NCBI GenBank assembly: GCA_003971905.1
Contig: RSEE01000086.1
Location: 186,001 to 250,000 of the forward strand
Direction of reading: 5' to 3'
Length of the DNA: 64,000 bases
Source of the DNA: Moniliella sp. 'wahieum'
Taxonomy: Eukaryota
In this document: positions 23,842-36,435 of the stretch, piece after piece
Layout of the letters: every line of letters starts with the position of its first letter
Position numbering within the stretch: the first letter of the stretch is position 1
Notes under the pieces: generated by a model
Database searches by the model: none
Told to the model about the DNA's origin: nothing
What the model saw: the letters and a program-made list of their open reading frames with translations, nothing else
Translations under genes and position numbers: made by a program

Positions 23842-26800
23842 TCAGGAGGCAACTTGCGCTTCAAAAACGCCTGCAGCGCTTCGATGGTTCGGGCCGGTGC
23901 GAAACCAGATCGTCATTGACACACAACAACGCCAGGTCCGACGATAACTCTGCCTCGCGCAGACGCCGTGCGCCACTCTCCTCCGTGTAGATGACAAATG
24001 CCATGGGTGTCGCTCCCAGCGTATACGCGTACCGCTGTACCAGCCGCATCGCAAACGTTCGCATCGACTTGCCTCCCCATCCAGTCGACCGCGCCACGTC
24101 AGCAGCGGAAAAGTGAGGGTGTGCCGCGCGTCGGACGGCTGCTGTGGCCCCGGGCGCCAGGTACGCGTGAGTGGTAAATGCGGGACTTGCGGTGCGGACG
24201 ATACGGGACCAGGGAAGGTCCGGTTGGCGGGGGGCAAGATGGCGGCCAGGCCTTGCAGGCCCGACTGCTGCACTAGGTGCGTCGCGAGACAGTCGCCACA
24301 TTCCGGATGGGCAAAGGCAAGATGAACAAACAGACTACTTGCTTCTACCCCGTTGCGCCAGGGGGGAAGACACGTCTTGAGTGGGAACGCACACTGGTTT
24401 GTCCCCACCTTCGTTCGTATCTTGGTCCCATGGCTGCGAAGGCGTGAGCGCCGGCCGGTCCTGCACCGGCACGTAATATGGCCAGCCTCCTTGCAACTCC
24501 ACAAACTGCGAGTAGCGCCGGGAGGAGGTAAGTTCCATTGGCGTCGCGCTGGCGAAGCGAGCAGAGACAACGGTACCCGTCCGCCGAGGAAAATAGGTAC
24601 TCTGTCGCGCGCGGGTAACGGCAGACCTGTCGCTTGTCCTACCTCACCATCGGCGAGGCGCAATGGTGCGTCTACGCGGAGGAAGCGGGCAGCAGGGTGG
24701 CCCTCGGCCGTGCGCCCCATCGCGCTCAACAGAGTGGAAATTTCCTTGGGGGTCTAATCGTCCATCGCCATTTTCGTCAAGGCGCAGCACAAGGTAAGAC
24801 AGAGCAGCGCCTCGCGGTGACGCTCCAAACCATGGCGGGAAAAAGGATGTGGGAAACAATGTTGAGTCCGAGTCCGCGGAAGCGCGCCTTGGAAGCGGCG
24901 TCAAGTCTTCCCGGAACATGAGCCGCATCTCGTGTAGCAAACTGGCATCCGTGGAACGATGAACGTGGGCGAGGGCGAATGACGACGGTCGGTCCGCTTG
25001 CCAAATCGTTGGTTGAGCAGGTAAGCACTACCATCAGCCCTGGTCCTTCCCCCTGCATCGACCAACTGGCCCGCTCCTCCGCCACCGTCACCTCGATCGT
25101 ATCCGACAAGCGCATCATCAGCCCATGCAGCGGCGAGGCAATGTCCCCCGTGGACAAGGCGCGAAGGAAGAAGAAATCGTCGCTGGCCACAAACATGGTC
25201 TCCCCCAAGCCGGCTAGGTTGCTTTGGTCAAAAATGGCCTCGATGGCCATCGAATTGAATGTGGGCGCAGCGATCCGCCGTCGCGTCACCTCCAGCTCCT
25301 CCTTGGCCCCGGGAGAAGGAGCCGGGCGGAAGATGGACGAATCGTGGTGCAAACGAAGTAGGTAACGGCCCTGCTGCTTTGGCATCCTCTCCCCGGTCCC
25401 CAACTAGGACATGCGCCGAGTCGAGATTAAGCCACCGTGGCTTCTGCCCCACCCGACTGGACCCTATAGATGCATTCCAGTGCACCAGGCCGAGTTGCAT
25501 GTCCTTCTCCAACTCGTGAGCTTTCGGTTTAGGAGGGGAAGTGAAGAGGGAGCGATCGGCGCGCAGCTCAGCTTCCACCACGGCTGCAGCAGCCATATCG
25601 GGTAGCAGCGCTTGACTAAAGTCAGGGGAGACGATATGGATCGTTCCCAGGTTGGAGACGTAGCGCACAGCCGAGCGAACGGCGTACCGTAGCTCGTCCA
25701 GTTCGGTAAACCGTTGGTCCCCTGCACCGATGGATTGACGGCGCGTGTCTTGGTTGGAGTTGAGCAGCTGTTGGTTCGGGTCCAGGCTCTGGGACACAAG
25801 TAGAGGATAGACGTCCTTGAGAAACTGGCGAAACTTGGTGTCCAATACCTCGTCCGACTCGACGTGCAGCGCCTCCTGGTTGACCCTGTCAAGTGGGTCC
25901 TTGACATAGCCCGTCGGGCACACTTGGTGCTTCAGCACCGACTCGGTCGTCATGCAGTACTCCCAATACATTTTTGTCTGCCGATGGGGGGGTTCCGATC
26001 CGTTGACCCATGTAAATACGACATCCACTAGGGGTTCTTTCAACCCCGTTCCAGCCCTGCGAAGGTCCAACGCATCACACACACCCCGCCCCTTGCCACC
26101 CAGGCCTCCAGACACTCGGTCGACGTACCAGCGGCTCCTGCAGCGCAATGGGCCGGATCGCCTTTCCCTCCGCCTCGGTCGAGGGGGGGTACCAAGCAGG
26201 CACAAAGTCGTTGGCCAAGTCGGGACGAGGATTCGATTCTGGGTCCAGGTCAAACGTATAGGACAAGCTTGCGGAGCCAAAGGGATCGTGAACCGCAATA
26301 GGTGCAGCAAGCCCCGTAGTGTCCATCTCATTCGGCGCCACGTGCCCATGCGACCCAAACAGTCGAGTCAGCTGCTCGTCCGACAAGGATGCGTACAGAG
26401 CAAACCCACTCGCCGCGCCCGAGCGCAGCTGAACCGTGCGGTACACGAGCCAAATGCACGTCCCCAGGATCGAGGTGAGGACGAGGCGCAAAAGCAACGA
26501 AGGCAGATGGGCACGGACATGGTCAAGCGTCCCGCGCTCCTTGTAACGGGACGAACGGGGGGGGCAAGGGACTCGTACCCTTCCCGGCGGAAGAGGAGGG
26601 CGCGGAAGCGGTCCAAGAGCCCGGTAGGTCGGGTGAGCAGATCCACATCCTCAGCGTCGTCGGGCCCGCCTGGGCCGGACGAGGCCAGCACGGACAGAGG
26701 GTAGGCGTCGCCGGAGCCGGGCCACTCTGGGAGGGGGCGGTGAGCATGGGCACGCCAATGAGGTCGTCATCGGTGGAGAGAAAGGCGGCGGTGCCGAGGG

Positions 26801-26912
26801 AGCGGGCACGCGTGCCTGCGCGGGCGCCAGCGCCCAGGTGGGAGGGGTAGAGCTGGGAGCGCAGCGTGGGGGCGAGGCCGGGGCGAGGGTGGGCGCCCGC
26901 GGGGGTACTCAT
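23842..26912 (-). CDS. Stealth-family sugar-phosphotransferase, Xpt1-like (paralog 1)
   Basis: Type II TM anchor LLLRLVLTSILGTCIWLVY; CR1 VDVVFTWVNGSEP; CR2 RFTELDELRYAVRS, PTFNSMAIE, ASDDFFF; CR3 AHVHRS...RFRG; CR4 LLCVNDDL. Confidence 0.9.
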
Positions 26913-27658
26913 CGCGCCGGGCGGCGGGAGGAGGCGCAGCGCGGAGGAGGTGGTGGCGATGGCTTGCTCGGGGGGGGGGGGCGAGGCGGTGAGCTGGCGA
27001 GGTGGCTATGCTCCTGTATAACTCTGGACTGGGAAATGGCTGATCACTCGGTGTCTCGGAGCATCGAACATCGAGCATCGCCTGTCACACTCACATGTCA
27101 CACACCGCCACGTGATCCGCCCATTCATCGCTCACGCGTTGCTCACCCATCAGCGCATCGCCCCCGCTCGCCCGCCGCCTGCGCATGCCGCTTCGCTCGG
27201 CGCGTGGACGGCCATGCCCAGCGACGCCCTCGCCACGTCCCCACCACCCGCGCCCCTTCGCTCCACCATTACCCATTCCCGCTTACACGCGTCCGCCGCA
27301 CAGTCCTCGCGCGGCGGCGGGCGTCTCACTTGTCGGCGCCATGCTTCACACGGGAATGGAAGCTTGAAGCTGGATGCTGGATGCGCCCTCGCATTCCAGG
27401 TGGCATCACCCATCATTAATAATTGGTGCCTCACCCGTCACCCGCAAGCGCCCATGCTCTGGCGCTTCTTGCGCACAGCCCACGCTTCCCTCTAATCTAT
27501 CTATCGAGCATCCTGCACATTCATCGCATTTTGCATGGCACCATCCGCCCACCAGCCACGCCAGCACTTCGTTTCGACTACCCACCCTTCCCCTCGACAG
27601 ACACGTGTGGGATGCGTGTCCGCACTCTCTCATCCAGCTCGCATGCACTCGGCGCGGT

Positions 27659-28519
27659 TCATGCCTGTGGGCCAGTCGGGACAGACGCCTTACGACCCTC
27701 CGTTTTGCCTCCCCCGAAAAGACTGTAGAACGAATGGAGGAAGCGGCTGCCCTTGGACGCCTCCTCGGGTGCGGCAGCTGACGCACTGGCTGCCTCATCG
27801 CCTTGCGTGCCAGTCCCGCTGCTGCTTCCTGTCGAGTGGAAATCGGCAGGCCAAGCTTGGCCGTCTTGGTTTTTCACCGCTTCGCGCGCTTGGTCTTGAG
27901 CAATTAGTTGCGCCATGATCAACTCGCGGTTTTCCTTCTCCCGTTCGGCCTGGTTGGCCTGCAGCGAGTCCAGCTCGGCCAGCCGCGCTTCCCACGGCAC
28001 ATCTCCCTGACGCCTTTCCCTCTCCACTGAATGGTCACCCGCGCATCGTCCGAAATTGGCACTGGGGCTTCCTGGTCTTTGCGCGCCTTGGCCATGTACG
28101 CACCAATGACCACCGCACCCACCGTAAGCGTCTGGTAACCACACGGTACCGCAGCCACTTTTGTAGATTGCGCTTGTTGCCCCTCTTGAGTTCCACCATG
28201 GCCATGGTGATCGCACCCAGGGTCAGTCCGAGGACTTGCCACACACGTCAGATGGGTGCGGCGCGAAGGAGAGCAGGAGATGGGACATACAAAGCGGCAC
28301 AAGCGGCTCCCTCTTGATCTTGGAGATGAGTTTTTCCAAAGGCGGTTGGAGTGTCTTTTGGTCAAGCATGACGGGTTTGAGGTTGAGGGTTTCCTGGGAG
28401 CCTGCGACATGCACCAGGTTGGGGTTGGAGGCGTCGGTGCTGGGCACATAGCGGTTGGGGCCTTCAGCAGCGGCAAACTGCGACGGATCGCTGGCAGCCT
28501 GCCGGGGACGGTCGGACAT
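27659..28519 (-). CDS. RCF1: Respiratory supercomplex factor 1 (HIG1 domain)
   Basis: EKLISKIKREPLVPL|FLGLTLGAITMAMVELKRGNKRNLQKWLRYRV...QTLTVGAVVIG, then WEARLAELD; intron about 28235-28290. Confidence 0.85.
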
Positions 28520-28869
28520 GGTGGTGGTGGAGGGGGAGGCAAGGGGCGATGAGGAGCGGTGTTGGCTGACACGACGTCGCTGGACCCAACCAGCCACCAC
28601 CCGCTGGAGCTGCCGACTCTGGAGCCGAGACGAAGCGCAGGCCCGGATGGTTGATGCATGACGATCGATGACCGATGACCGAGCCGAGACGGCAACTGTG
28701 CTCGTTCCGCCCGGCAAGCCAATTCCGCCTGGCCTCCCAACCAGACCCCCCCACCCCCCCGCGGAATACCACCACCACCTCCTCCATCTCGCAGCGCCAG
28801 AGCTGTGGCTTGCGTGCGGTTGCTCCTGCTGCTCTTGGCTGGCTGTGCATGCTCACTGCTGCTGCCGCC

Positions 28870-29597
28870 ATGTCCTCCACTGGCCAAGCGCGTCCGCTGC
28901 CGCGCGATGCACGCACCATCGCCCATCGCCTCCTCCATGGGCATCCAGGAGGTCGAGACGTCGGCCCTGGTCCAGCTCCTGGACTTCTGCCATCGCTACA
29001 CGCACGATGTACTGCAGGACGCCATGGTGTACGCCGACCATGCGCCTCCAGCTCGGCCAGTCGCGCTCCCACCCCGTGTCTCTCGACGACGTCCAGCTCG
29101 CCGTACAGTCCCGCGTCAACTACTCCTTCACCCCTGCTCCACCTAAGGAGGTATGTCCCCTTCCTCCTTTTGCGCGCTCCCGTTGCACTGCATGCCCTGA
29201 CCTTTCACCAGATGCAATTGGCGCTCGCTACGGCGGTCAACTCCGAGCCACTTCCATTGATTGGGGAGGGGTACGGCATCCGCCTCCCTCCCCGCTCTCA
29301 ACGCTTGACAGCCACCAGTTTCCGTCTCGTGCCCAACGCCCCGCCGCTCCACGACGACTTGGACGACGAAGACGAAGTTCCTCCCCTTGCTGCCCCTGAC
29401 GAGCCTGCTGCCCACAATTGGCAACTGCGCCTCTGCCCCGGGAAGAACGCATGCTGGAAGAAGAAAGCGATTACGACGAGGTGGACGAGGCCGCTCCACC
29501 GGCACCTGTACTACCACCGTCGGTACCGGACCCCGCGCCGCCACAAGAACCGCGCGGAGTCAAACGTCAGTTGGAAGAAGACGATGACTACGACTAA
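28870..29597 (+). CDS. TAF9: TFIID/SAGA subunit TAF9
   Basis: PRDARTI, QLLDFCHRYTHDVLQDAMVYADHA, VSLDDVQLAVQSRVNYSFTPAPPKE|MQLALATAVNSEPLP, GIRLPP; ends EEDDDYD*; intron 29151-29211 (GTATGT...CTGAC...CAG). Confidence 0.96.
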
Positions 29598-30902
29598 GCT
29601 AGGCCGAGGCGGTCGCGAATGGATTGTGCATGGTACCTGTGACTGGTGGTGCAGGATGCAGGATGGACAGGAGACCAAGGTGCTCTGGTACGTGTGGAAT
29701 TTGACATTGGACATGGGCTTGGACAGAAACTTGGATAGGGAGGGAGGGCAACGTCGCGTACGACGTCCGGGGCTTTGGGGGAAAGCCTTGGCCCCACACC
29801 ACAGAGGTACCCGCCGAGCGGTGAATGGGGCTTGGTCAACATGGCCCTTTTGAGGGTTGCAATCGTAGAGAGGAAGGGAAGGCGGAGTATGAGTGGTTTC
29901 AACCTGATGGTAGAATGCGTGCTGCTCTTTCTCCGTAGTAGAACGGTAGCCTAGCCTACATGTGCTGGCCATCGCCATGCCGTGGTTCCGTTCGGTCAGC
30001 TGGCTCCAACATGATCCCGGACGCGTAGGGCACATCGACAGGCTTATCAATGCGAACTAGGGAGAGTGGAGAGTGTGGAAATCTTGACAAAGACAAGGCA
30101 AATGTGGCGGGGGGGGGAGGGTAGAGGATGCCGGTTTCCAATATGTGTTACACCTGCCAGTCCAACCAGGCGCGTCTTCCTCACTGTAGACTGATACTGA
30201 TTGCGCCCGGCAACCCGACTTTCGCTCCGGGTGGCAAATGGTCGAGGACGCTTCGGGAGATGGAAGACGGGGATGTGGATCAGAGGATGCCAGAGTGGGA
30301 AGACAGAGAATGCAATGCTGCGGCTTGGTACTCGTATGCCTGCTCAAAACACAAGTCTATCGCATTTGGGGGGGATCGTATGTACCCCCCCGTCTGTCTA
30401 ACTTCAACGAGGTGATGGATTCGCTCCGCTCGAGGGGAATCCACACCCAGTGGAAGAGGTGTGGGCAAGATAGGTCGCGAGCAAGTACTCGTCCATTCGA
30501 AAAGAGACTTCGGGGGGGGGAGGGGGCTCAAACAGCTTGATGTGCCGATCCTGAGAAGGGCCAACTGGGCACACTCGGAAGTAAGAACAGGTCGTCACAG
30601 ATACCATGATGGCAACGGCAATGTCCCGCTTGGTCCGTTGCTTCCGTCTTCTGGGCGCTCGACGGGTCGTGGGGACTGCTGGTGGAGAGGATAGGGAGGA
30701 TGGGGAAGATGGGTTGCTCGCCTCCTATTAGTTTCAAGATGAGCTCGTGGAAGAAGGCGGGGCGCCACAGGCACTGCCCCTGTGCCTGCCCAAACTGCCT
30801 TCGGCCTTTCAAATTTCTCGGTGCTCAGCGATCATCGGTCTTTCGCAACGAGGAGCGCACACGATCATCTGCACCTTCTTCTCCACCCCACCACCATCCT
30901 CC

Positions 30903-32465
30903 ATGATCAGCACCTGCGGTCCCGCCTCCCACGCCCCAGGCCAAGGCTGATGCCGAGAAACACAAGGCAGCGGGCAACACTGCCTTTGCCGCCAAGCGGT
31001 ACGGCGAAGCGATCGACTGTACACCCAGGCCATCGAACTCGACCCGCTCGAACCCACCTATCTGACCAACCGCGCCGCAGCCCAGATGGGCAACAAGTGC
31101 TACGCCCCTGCGCTTGCTGACTGTCTCAAGGCCGAATCGCTGTCGGGGGAGAATGTGCCAGCCAAGACGCGCGTCCGCACGGCTCGGTGCCACTTTAATT
31201 TGGTGAGCCGTCCCAGGCTAGCCGGATCCTTGCTTCTCTTGAGCCAACGAGCAGCGCCGAGCAGAAGCAGGTGGCGCAGCTCACCGAGCAGGTCAACAAG
31301 CTCCAGCACCACCTCGACAGTTATGCGCAGTTTAAACAGTCGAAAGAATGGATGATGGCGTCCATTGCTGGATCGGGCGGGGGCATCCTTGGATGCTGGT
31401 GTGCCGCTGCCGGCGGCCTGGCGCCTGTCCAGGCAGAGCTGGCACTTCGCCGTGGTCAGCTCCAGACCGCAGCCAATGGTGCAATGGACATTCTCGACAA
31501 GATTCGGGCAACAGTGATGCTCTGTTGCGTGCGCGGGTCATGCTCGCTCAAGGTGAGTTGGCCAAGGCGACGGCGCATGCCCAGGCGGCTCTGCGCTCCG
31601 ACCCGGACCACCGCCAAGCCCGCACCTTTCTCAAAAAGTCCAAGCGCTTGGAACGGACCAAAGCAGAGGGAAACGCAGCGTTCAAAGCGCAACAGTTTGA
31701 CGAGGCAGTGGCCATGTACACTCAAGCCATCCAGGAAGCCGATGAGAATACCGACGAGGACGGCGTCGCCAAGGGGTTCAAAGCTACCATCCACTCCAAC
31801 CGGGCCAGTGCGTATGCCAAGCTAGGCAACCACGAGGCCGTCGTGACCGACTGCGATGCGGCCCTGGAACTGGATAAGAACTACATCAAGGCACTGCGTA
31901 CCCGCGCACGCGCCTACCTCGCCTTGGAGCAGTACGAGCAAAGTGTCAGTGACTTTAAGGCGGCCCTAGAGGATATGAAGGTGAGCGGTGCCACGTCGGA
32001 AATCGAATCGATCCGGCGCGAACTGCGCTCGGCCGAAATTGATCTCAAGCGCAGCAAGCAGAAAGATACTACAAGATCCTCGGAGTCAGTCGGACTGCCA
32101 CCGAGATCGAGATCAAAAAGGCCTTCCGCTCCGCCTCGCTCAAACCACCATCCCGACAAGGGCGGCGACTCCGAAACGTTCAAATTGTGCAACGAGGCGT
32201 ACGGAATCCTGTCGGACCCGACCAAACGTCGCCGGTACGACGCGGGCGCCGACAACCCGGATGATGACTCGGCTGACTTCAGTCCGTTGGCGGTGGCGGT
32301 ATGGGCGGCATGGGTGGCATGGGCGGTGGAGTGGACTTGTCGGACATCCTGGGCGGCATGGCCGGCGGTGGATTTGGTGGCATGGGCGGCATGGGCGGGA
32401 GGCCCAGTGGGTTTGGTGGGATGGGCGAGGGCTTTGGTGGTCCGACGGGCGCGTTCCGGTTTTAA
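30903..32465 (+). CDS. DNAJC7: TPR-repeat J-domain co-chaperone (DNAJC7/Tpr2)
   Basis: AEKHKAAGNTAFAAKRYGEAI, YLTNRAAA, KAEGNAAFKAQQFDEAVAMYTQAI, SNRASAY; J domain HHPDKGG...EAYGILSDPTKRRRYDAG; Gly/Met/Phe-rich tail ending AFRF*. Start approximate. Confidence 0.93.
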
Positions 32466-32868
32466 CAGAATGCGATCTTCCCCAGTCGGTATATACCAAC
32501 ACCCCCCCCCCTTCTTTGCCATGCCTGGTGAGTTGACGCACGCAACGCAAGCAAAGCGCGCTCAGTTTGCAGGTCATCTATCTATGCGATCAACTTACCC
32601 TGCTGGCTCTTGCAACACCCTTTGCAACACCCTTCTTCTTCCCCCCACCCCCTCCAGCTCCCCCCCGTTTCATTTTTGTACCAACCGCCGTGATGCGTAA
32701 TGCTTCGCTGTGTAACTTGCCCCGCCTCTGTGCACGCTTTGGGCTTCTGGCATTGTACTCGCACCTGCATGGTCATTGGCTCTATCTGATACGATGATTT
32801 GGCGTGTATGGCCAGACAGGATGATGAATGCAGTAGTAGTAGGTACAAGGGAATTAGTACTAGGTTGC

Positions 32869-34187
32869 TCAACTAAGTCCGTGGGATACAGAGTCGGTGA
32901 TGGAGGACAGGGAGGGGGAGGGAGAGGAAGAGACTTCCCGAGAAGACGAAGTACAAGACAATGTGTGCAACAACAAAGGAACCCAACGCAGTTCACGGCT
33001 GTTGTGAGGGCGGGTAGACGCGTGCTCAGGAAGTGGCGTAGTACTCGCCCTCGCCCCATACAGCGACTCTGATTGCTCAGGATGGCGAGAGCCGCCTGCC
33101 GACGAAGGCACGTACTGTCCCATGGCACGGTCCGTGTGCATCCGAGCAAACGGGGAGTGCTCATCCGTTGGAGTTAGATGAGGCTCTGCCTGAGGCAGGT
33201 GGGTGGGGTAAAGCTGCGTGTCCCCCGCCATGGGGGACGGGTTGGCAGAATGCAGATGGGACATGTCTTTCGTCTCCTTGTCCGGAGTCGAATCCGATTC
33301 GTTCGTGTAGGAATAAAACATGCGCTCGTCGTACAACCGACGTTCCCGTCGCGCCAGAAGTACGCCACAAGAAACGGAACTGAGGCCGCCAACGAGGTCC
33401 CCGTGGCAGCCCATGCCATCCACAGCGATTGACCAAACCGAATGTTGATGGGAAACGAGGTCGACACATGACTGTGCACTGTCTTGCGCGTCTCGGAGAT
33501 GACCGCGGTCCACATACCTGCCCCGACAGCTAGAACCGCGCCGGTGAGAAGCGCGCCACACGAAGAAGGAAGGAAAAACCCCCCTCGGCCGCAAGACCAG
33601 CAAGAAATGTGCACCCCGTCATGATGGTTCCCACAAACAAAAAGTAAAACCCAATGCGAGAGTAGCGGTGCAACCAAGAGATGTGCTGCAGCTTGCCGGG
33701 CGCGCCGGAGGAGCCAAGGGAGGAAGGGAGGGCGGTTACATTGACCGTATCTTCAACAATGGTGGCGATGGGGTCGAATTGGTGGCCAAAGGTGCGAGAG
33801 GAACAGTCCCTCTCACCTTTGGTGCCATCGCCTGCACAAATGGAATAGAGACCCCAGTAGTACTGCCGCCTCAAGCCATTGTGCTGCAGCAGCGGCTGGG
33901 ATCGGTTCGAGGTAAACAGGTCGGCTCCGGCTCCAGTGTCCAAGGCAGTGAGGTCCATATTGGCCACATACAGGTTGCGCGACACCATGTTCTGCGTCAG
34001 CTGGCCCATGTTGACCAGAATCATGAGGGCCATGGCACTAAAGACGAGAAACTCGCCTAGAGGCAGGGCGATCAGCGTCCATAGAGGAAGGGGCGGAGAC
34101 TCAGAGTCAGGGAGGGAGGGAGGAGGGCTAGTACTAGTAGCAGGGAGGGGGGGGAGACGTACCAGCGACGACGCTGACGGTGAGCAT
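32869..34187 (-). CDS. SUR7/PalI family tetraspan membrane protein
   Basis: MLTVSVVA|GEFLVFSAMALMILVNMGQ (intron 34057-34162), GLRRQYYWGLYSICAG...C claudin-like motif, three further hydrophobic helices, polar tail. Confidence 0.82.
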
Positions 34188-36234
34188 GGTGCTGAAGAGC
34201 ACGGGCGTGGGAAGGTGGTGTGGAGAAGGGCTGGTTGAAGGGCTGCGAAGGAGGAATACATCAGGTGACTAACGGTGTTGGCCATCACAAGCATCACACT
34301 GGGTAGGTGCGAGGCGACACCATGTGCTAGATCGCCGCGCAGAGCGCACACGTGCTGTTCGAACCAATCCAGGCCCAGCTGTGTGGGATTCTTGCGGCAG
34401 GATGCGAGATGGACGTTTGGGCGTTGGATAGTAACATTGAAGCTTGAAGCTCAAGCTTGAAGCTGCAGCAGAAGGGACGCTGTGCACAGCGCTGAGAACG
34501 CTCGCGCTGAGGCAGCTGAGGCTCTGCTCTCGGCCTGAGATCTCAGCGCTGGACAGAGAACTGAGAGACGCTGGGACCGGCTGGGACTGGGTGATCATGA
34601 AGTGATCTGAGAGGACTTGCTCAGCGCTGAGACGCAGCGCTCAGGCGCAGTACTGAGACCGCGTACTCAGTACTCAATACTGGACAAGATCCGACATGGT
34701 GTGGTACATAGTTTGGCCGCCCCGTCCGGCCAAGGTACGCGAGGGACAAGCGCTGCGCACGGGGCCAGCGTCGATAGCGAGATGGCAGAAGGGAGGATCC
34801 AGTTTGCATCCCATCGATCAGCACAGCACGCCGGATCCATCAGGCACACCGCCACAGCGCCTCTGTCTGATAAGCCATCCCACCCCGTCTCTCTCCCCCT
34901 GCCGCCGTCGGCGCCGAATTATCACCGCATCACACGAGCCGAGCAGGTTGATCGAGCTGAGCAGCGCTGATCTCCTCTGGCCGGTGGCCTCTTCTGGCCC
35001 CCTCTGGCCTCCTTGGCCTTGCTGCTTCCTGCTCCCTCTGCCAGCCTGCCAGCCTTTGTGTGTCCCCACTTTTTGGCAGCCGCGGCGTTTTGTGCGCTGC
35101 GTCCAACGTTCCCCTCAGGCTGCGTTCCCCCAAGAACGTCCGGCCGCACACGTGTCACATGCAAAATGTGCTCCATTTTTTCACACCGCTACTACGCCTT
35201 TCTGCCTCGCAGTTGCCTCCGCGTGTGCGTTCGTCGACATCCCCCGCCCACAGTGCCCCTGCTCCGTCGCGACGACACGCAACTACTTGTTGACGTCGTG
35301 TTCTTGGTAACTGTGCTAACAGGCAAAACTGTCTGACGGCCTCTCGTTAGTAGTAGCACCACGGGGTGTGACATATACGCGCTGAACGTTGAACAACGTC
35401 TTGGACAAAAAGGAGGGCTTCAGCGACTTAGTCGTGCAGAAGACAGGTGCCAACTCGGAAAGAAGGTAACTGATGTACAGCCGACGCACGTAACTACTAC
35501 TTAGTAGTGACTCTCACGCTCCGCGGTCCTAGAATCATGTCAACACGGCCCCAGCATTACCGAAAGGACGCCGGAAAACGTACGTGCAAAAGAGCAAGAC
35601 AGAGCAGATGGTGTGGTCCGTGTTGAACGTTGACTGTACAGAGAGATGTACAGCAAAAACGAATCTATTGAGACAGCCAACACCTCACTCTCACTGCCAC
35701 CCTTTTATAGGATTACCGGTTACCGGTTACCGGCCTGGCCAGTTGCCGACTCTCACATGTGTGTTTCCGGTCTCGCATTCGTCCCACACGCACCTCAAGG
35801 GTTGTGGGGGTTGCAACGTTGGTTCCGATTAGATTGGCGGACCATGCCGATGTCTTCACAAGGGCCGAATAGGATAACCACGAGTAGCCCTGAGATCGAT
35901 GAGATCAGGGCAACAACATTTCGACCGCGTGTGTCTTCGGCTTTGTAACAAGTCAATATAACAGTGGCTAGTGGTAACTAGCTGCTAGTAAGTTACTAGT
36001 AACTACGATATTCTCGCCTTCTGACTAACTGGCTCGTAGATCATCGACAGTCTTAACCAACCGCACCAGTGTTACTGGTACAATAAGTCTGTAGCTTCAA
36101 ATTCCCTCCATATCCGCGCGTTGGAGAAGAACGAGTACGAGCATGTGGTTGAGTTGGTCAAGTAGCAGCCATGCACACCACACTGCGACTGTAGCTACTA
36201 CAGCAAAAGATTGCGGTTGTCTCTCTGTCTATGG

Positions 36235-36322
36235 ACAAAGGACACATCCAGTATACACACTTCATATATATAGTACTATGCACAAAGGACACATCCAGTC
36301 TCAACACTTCATATATATAGTA
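36235..36322 (+). promoter_or_regulatory. Duplicated 41-bp segment, each copy with TATATATA, upstream of the carrier-like gene
   Basis: 36235-36275 and 36282-36322 match at 38/41 positions. Confidence 0.6.
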
Positions 36323-36435
36323 GCTTTTGCCAGAATTCTTGAACGATATAACCCCTCTCTCCCACTTTTCTCTACGCTCCGCCGCATAGCCTGCACTCCT
36401 CTATTACCGCTTCATCTTCGAAAGCAAAAAGGCAT

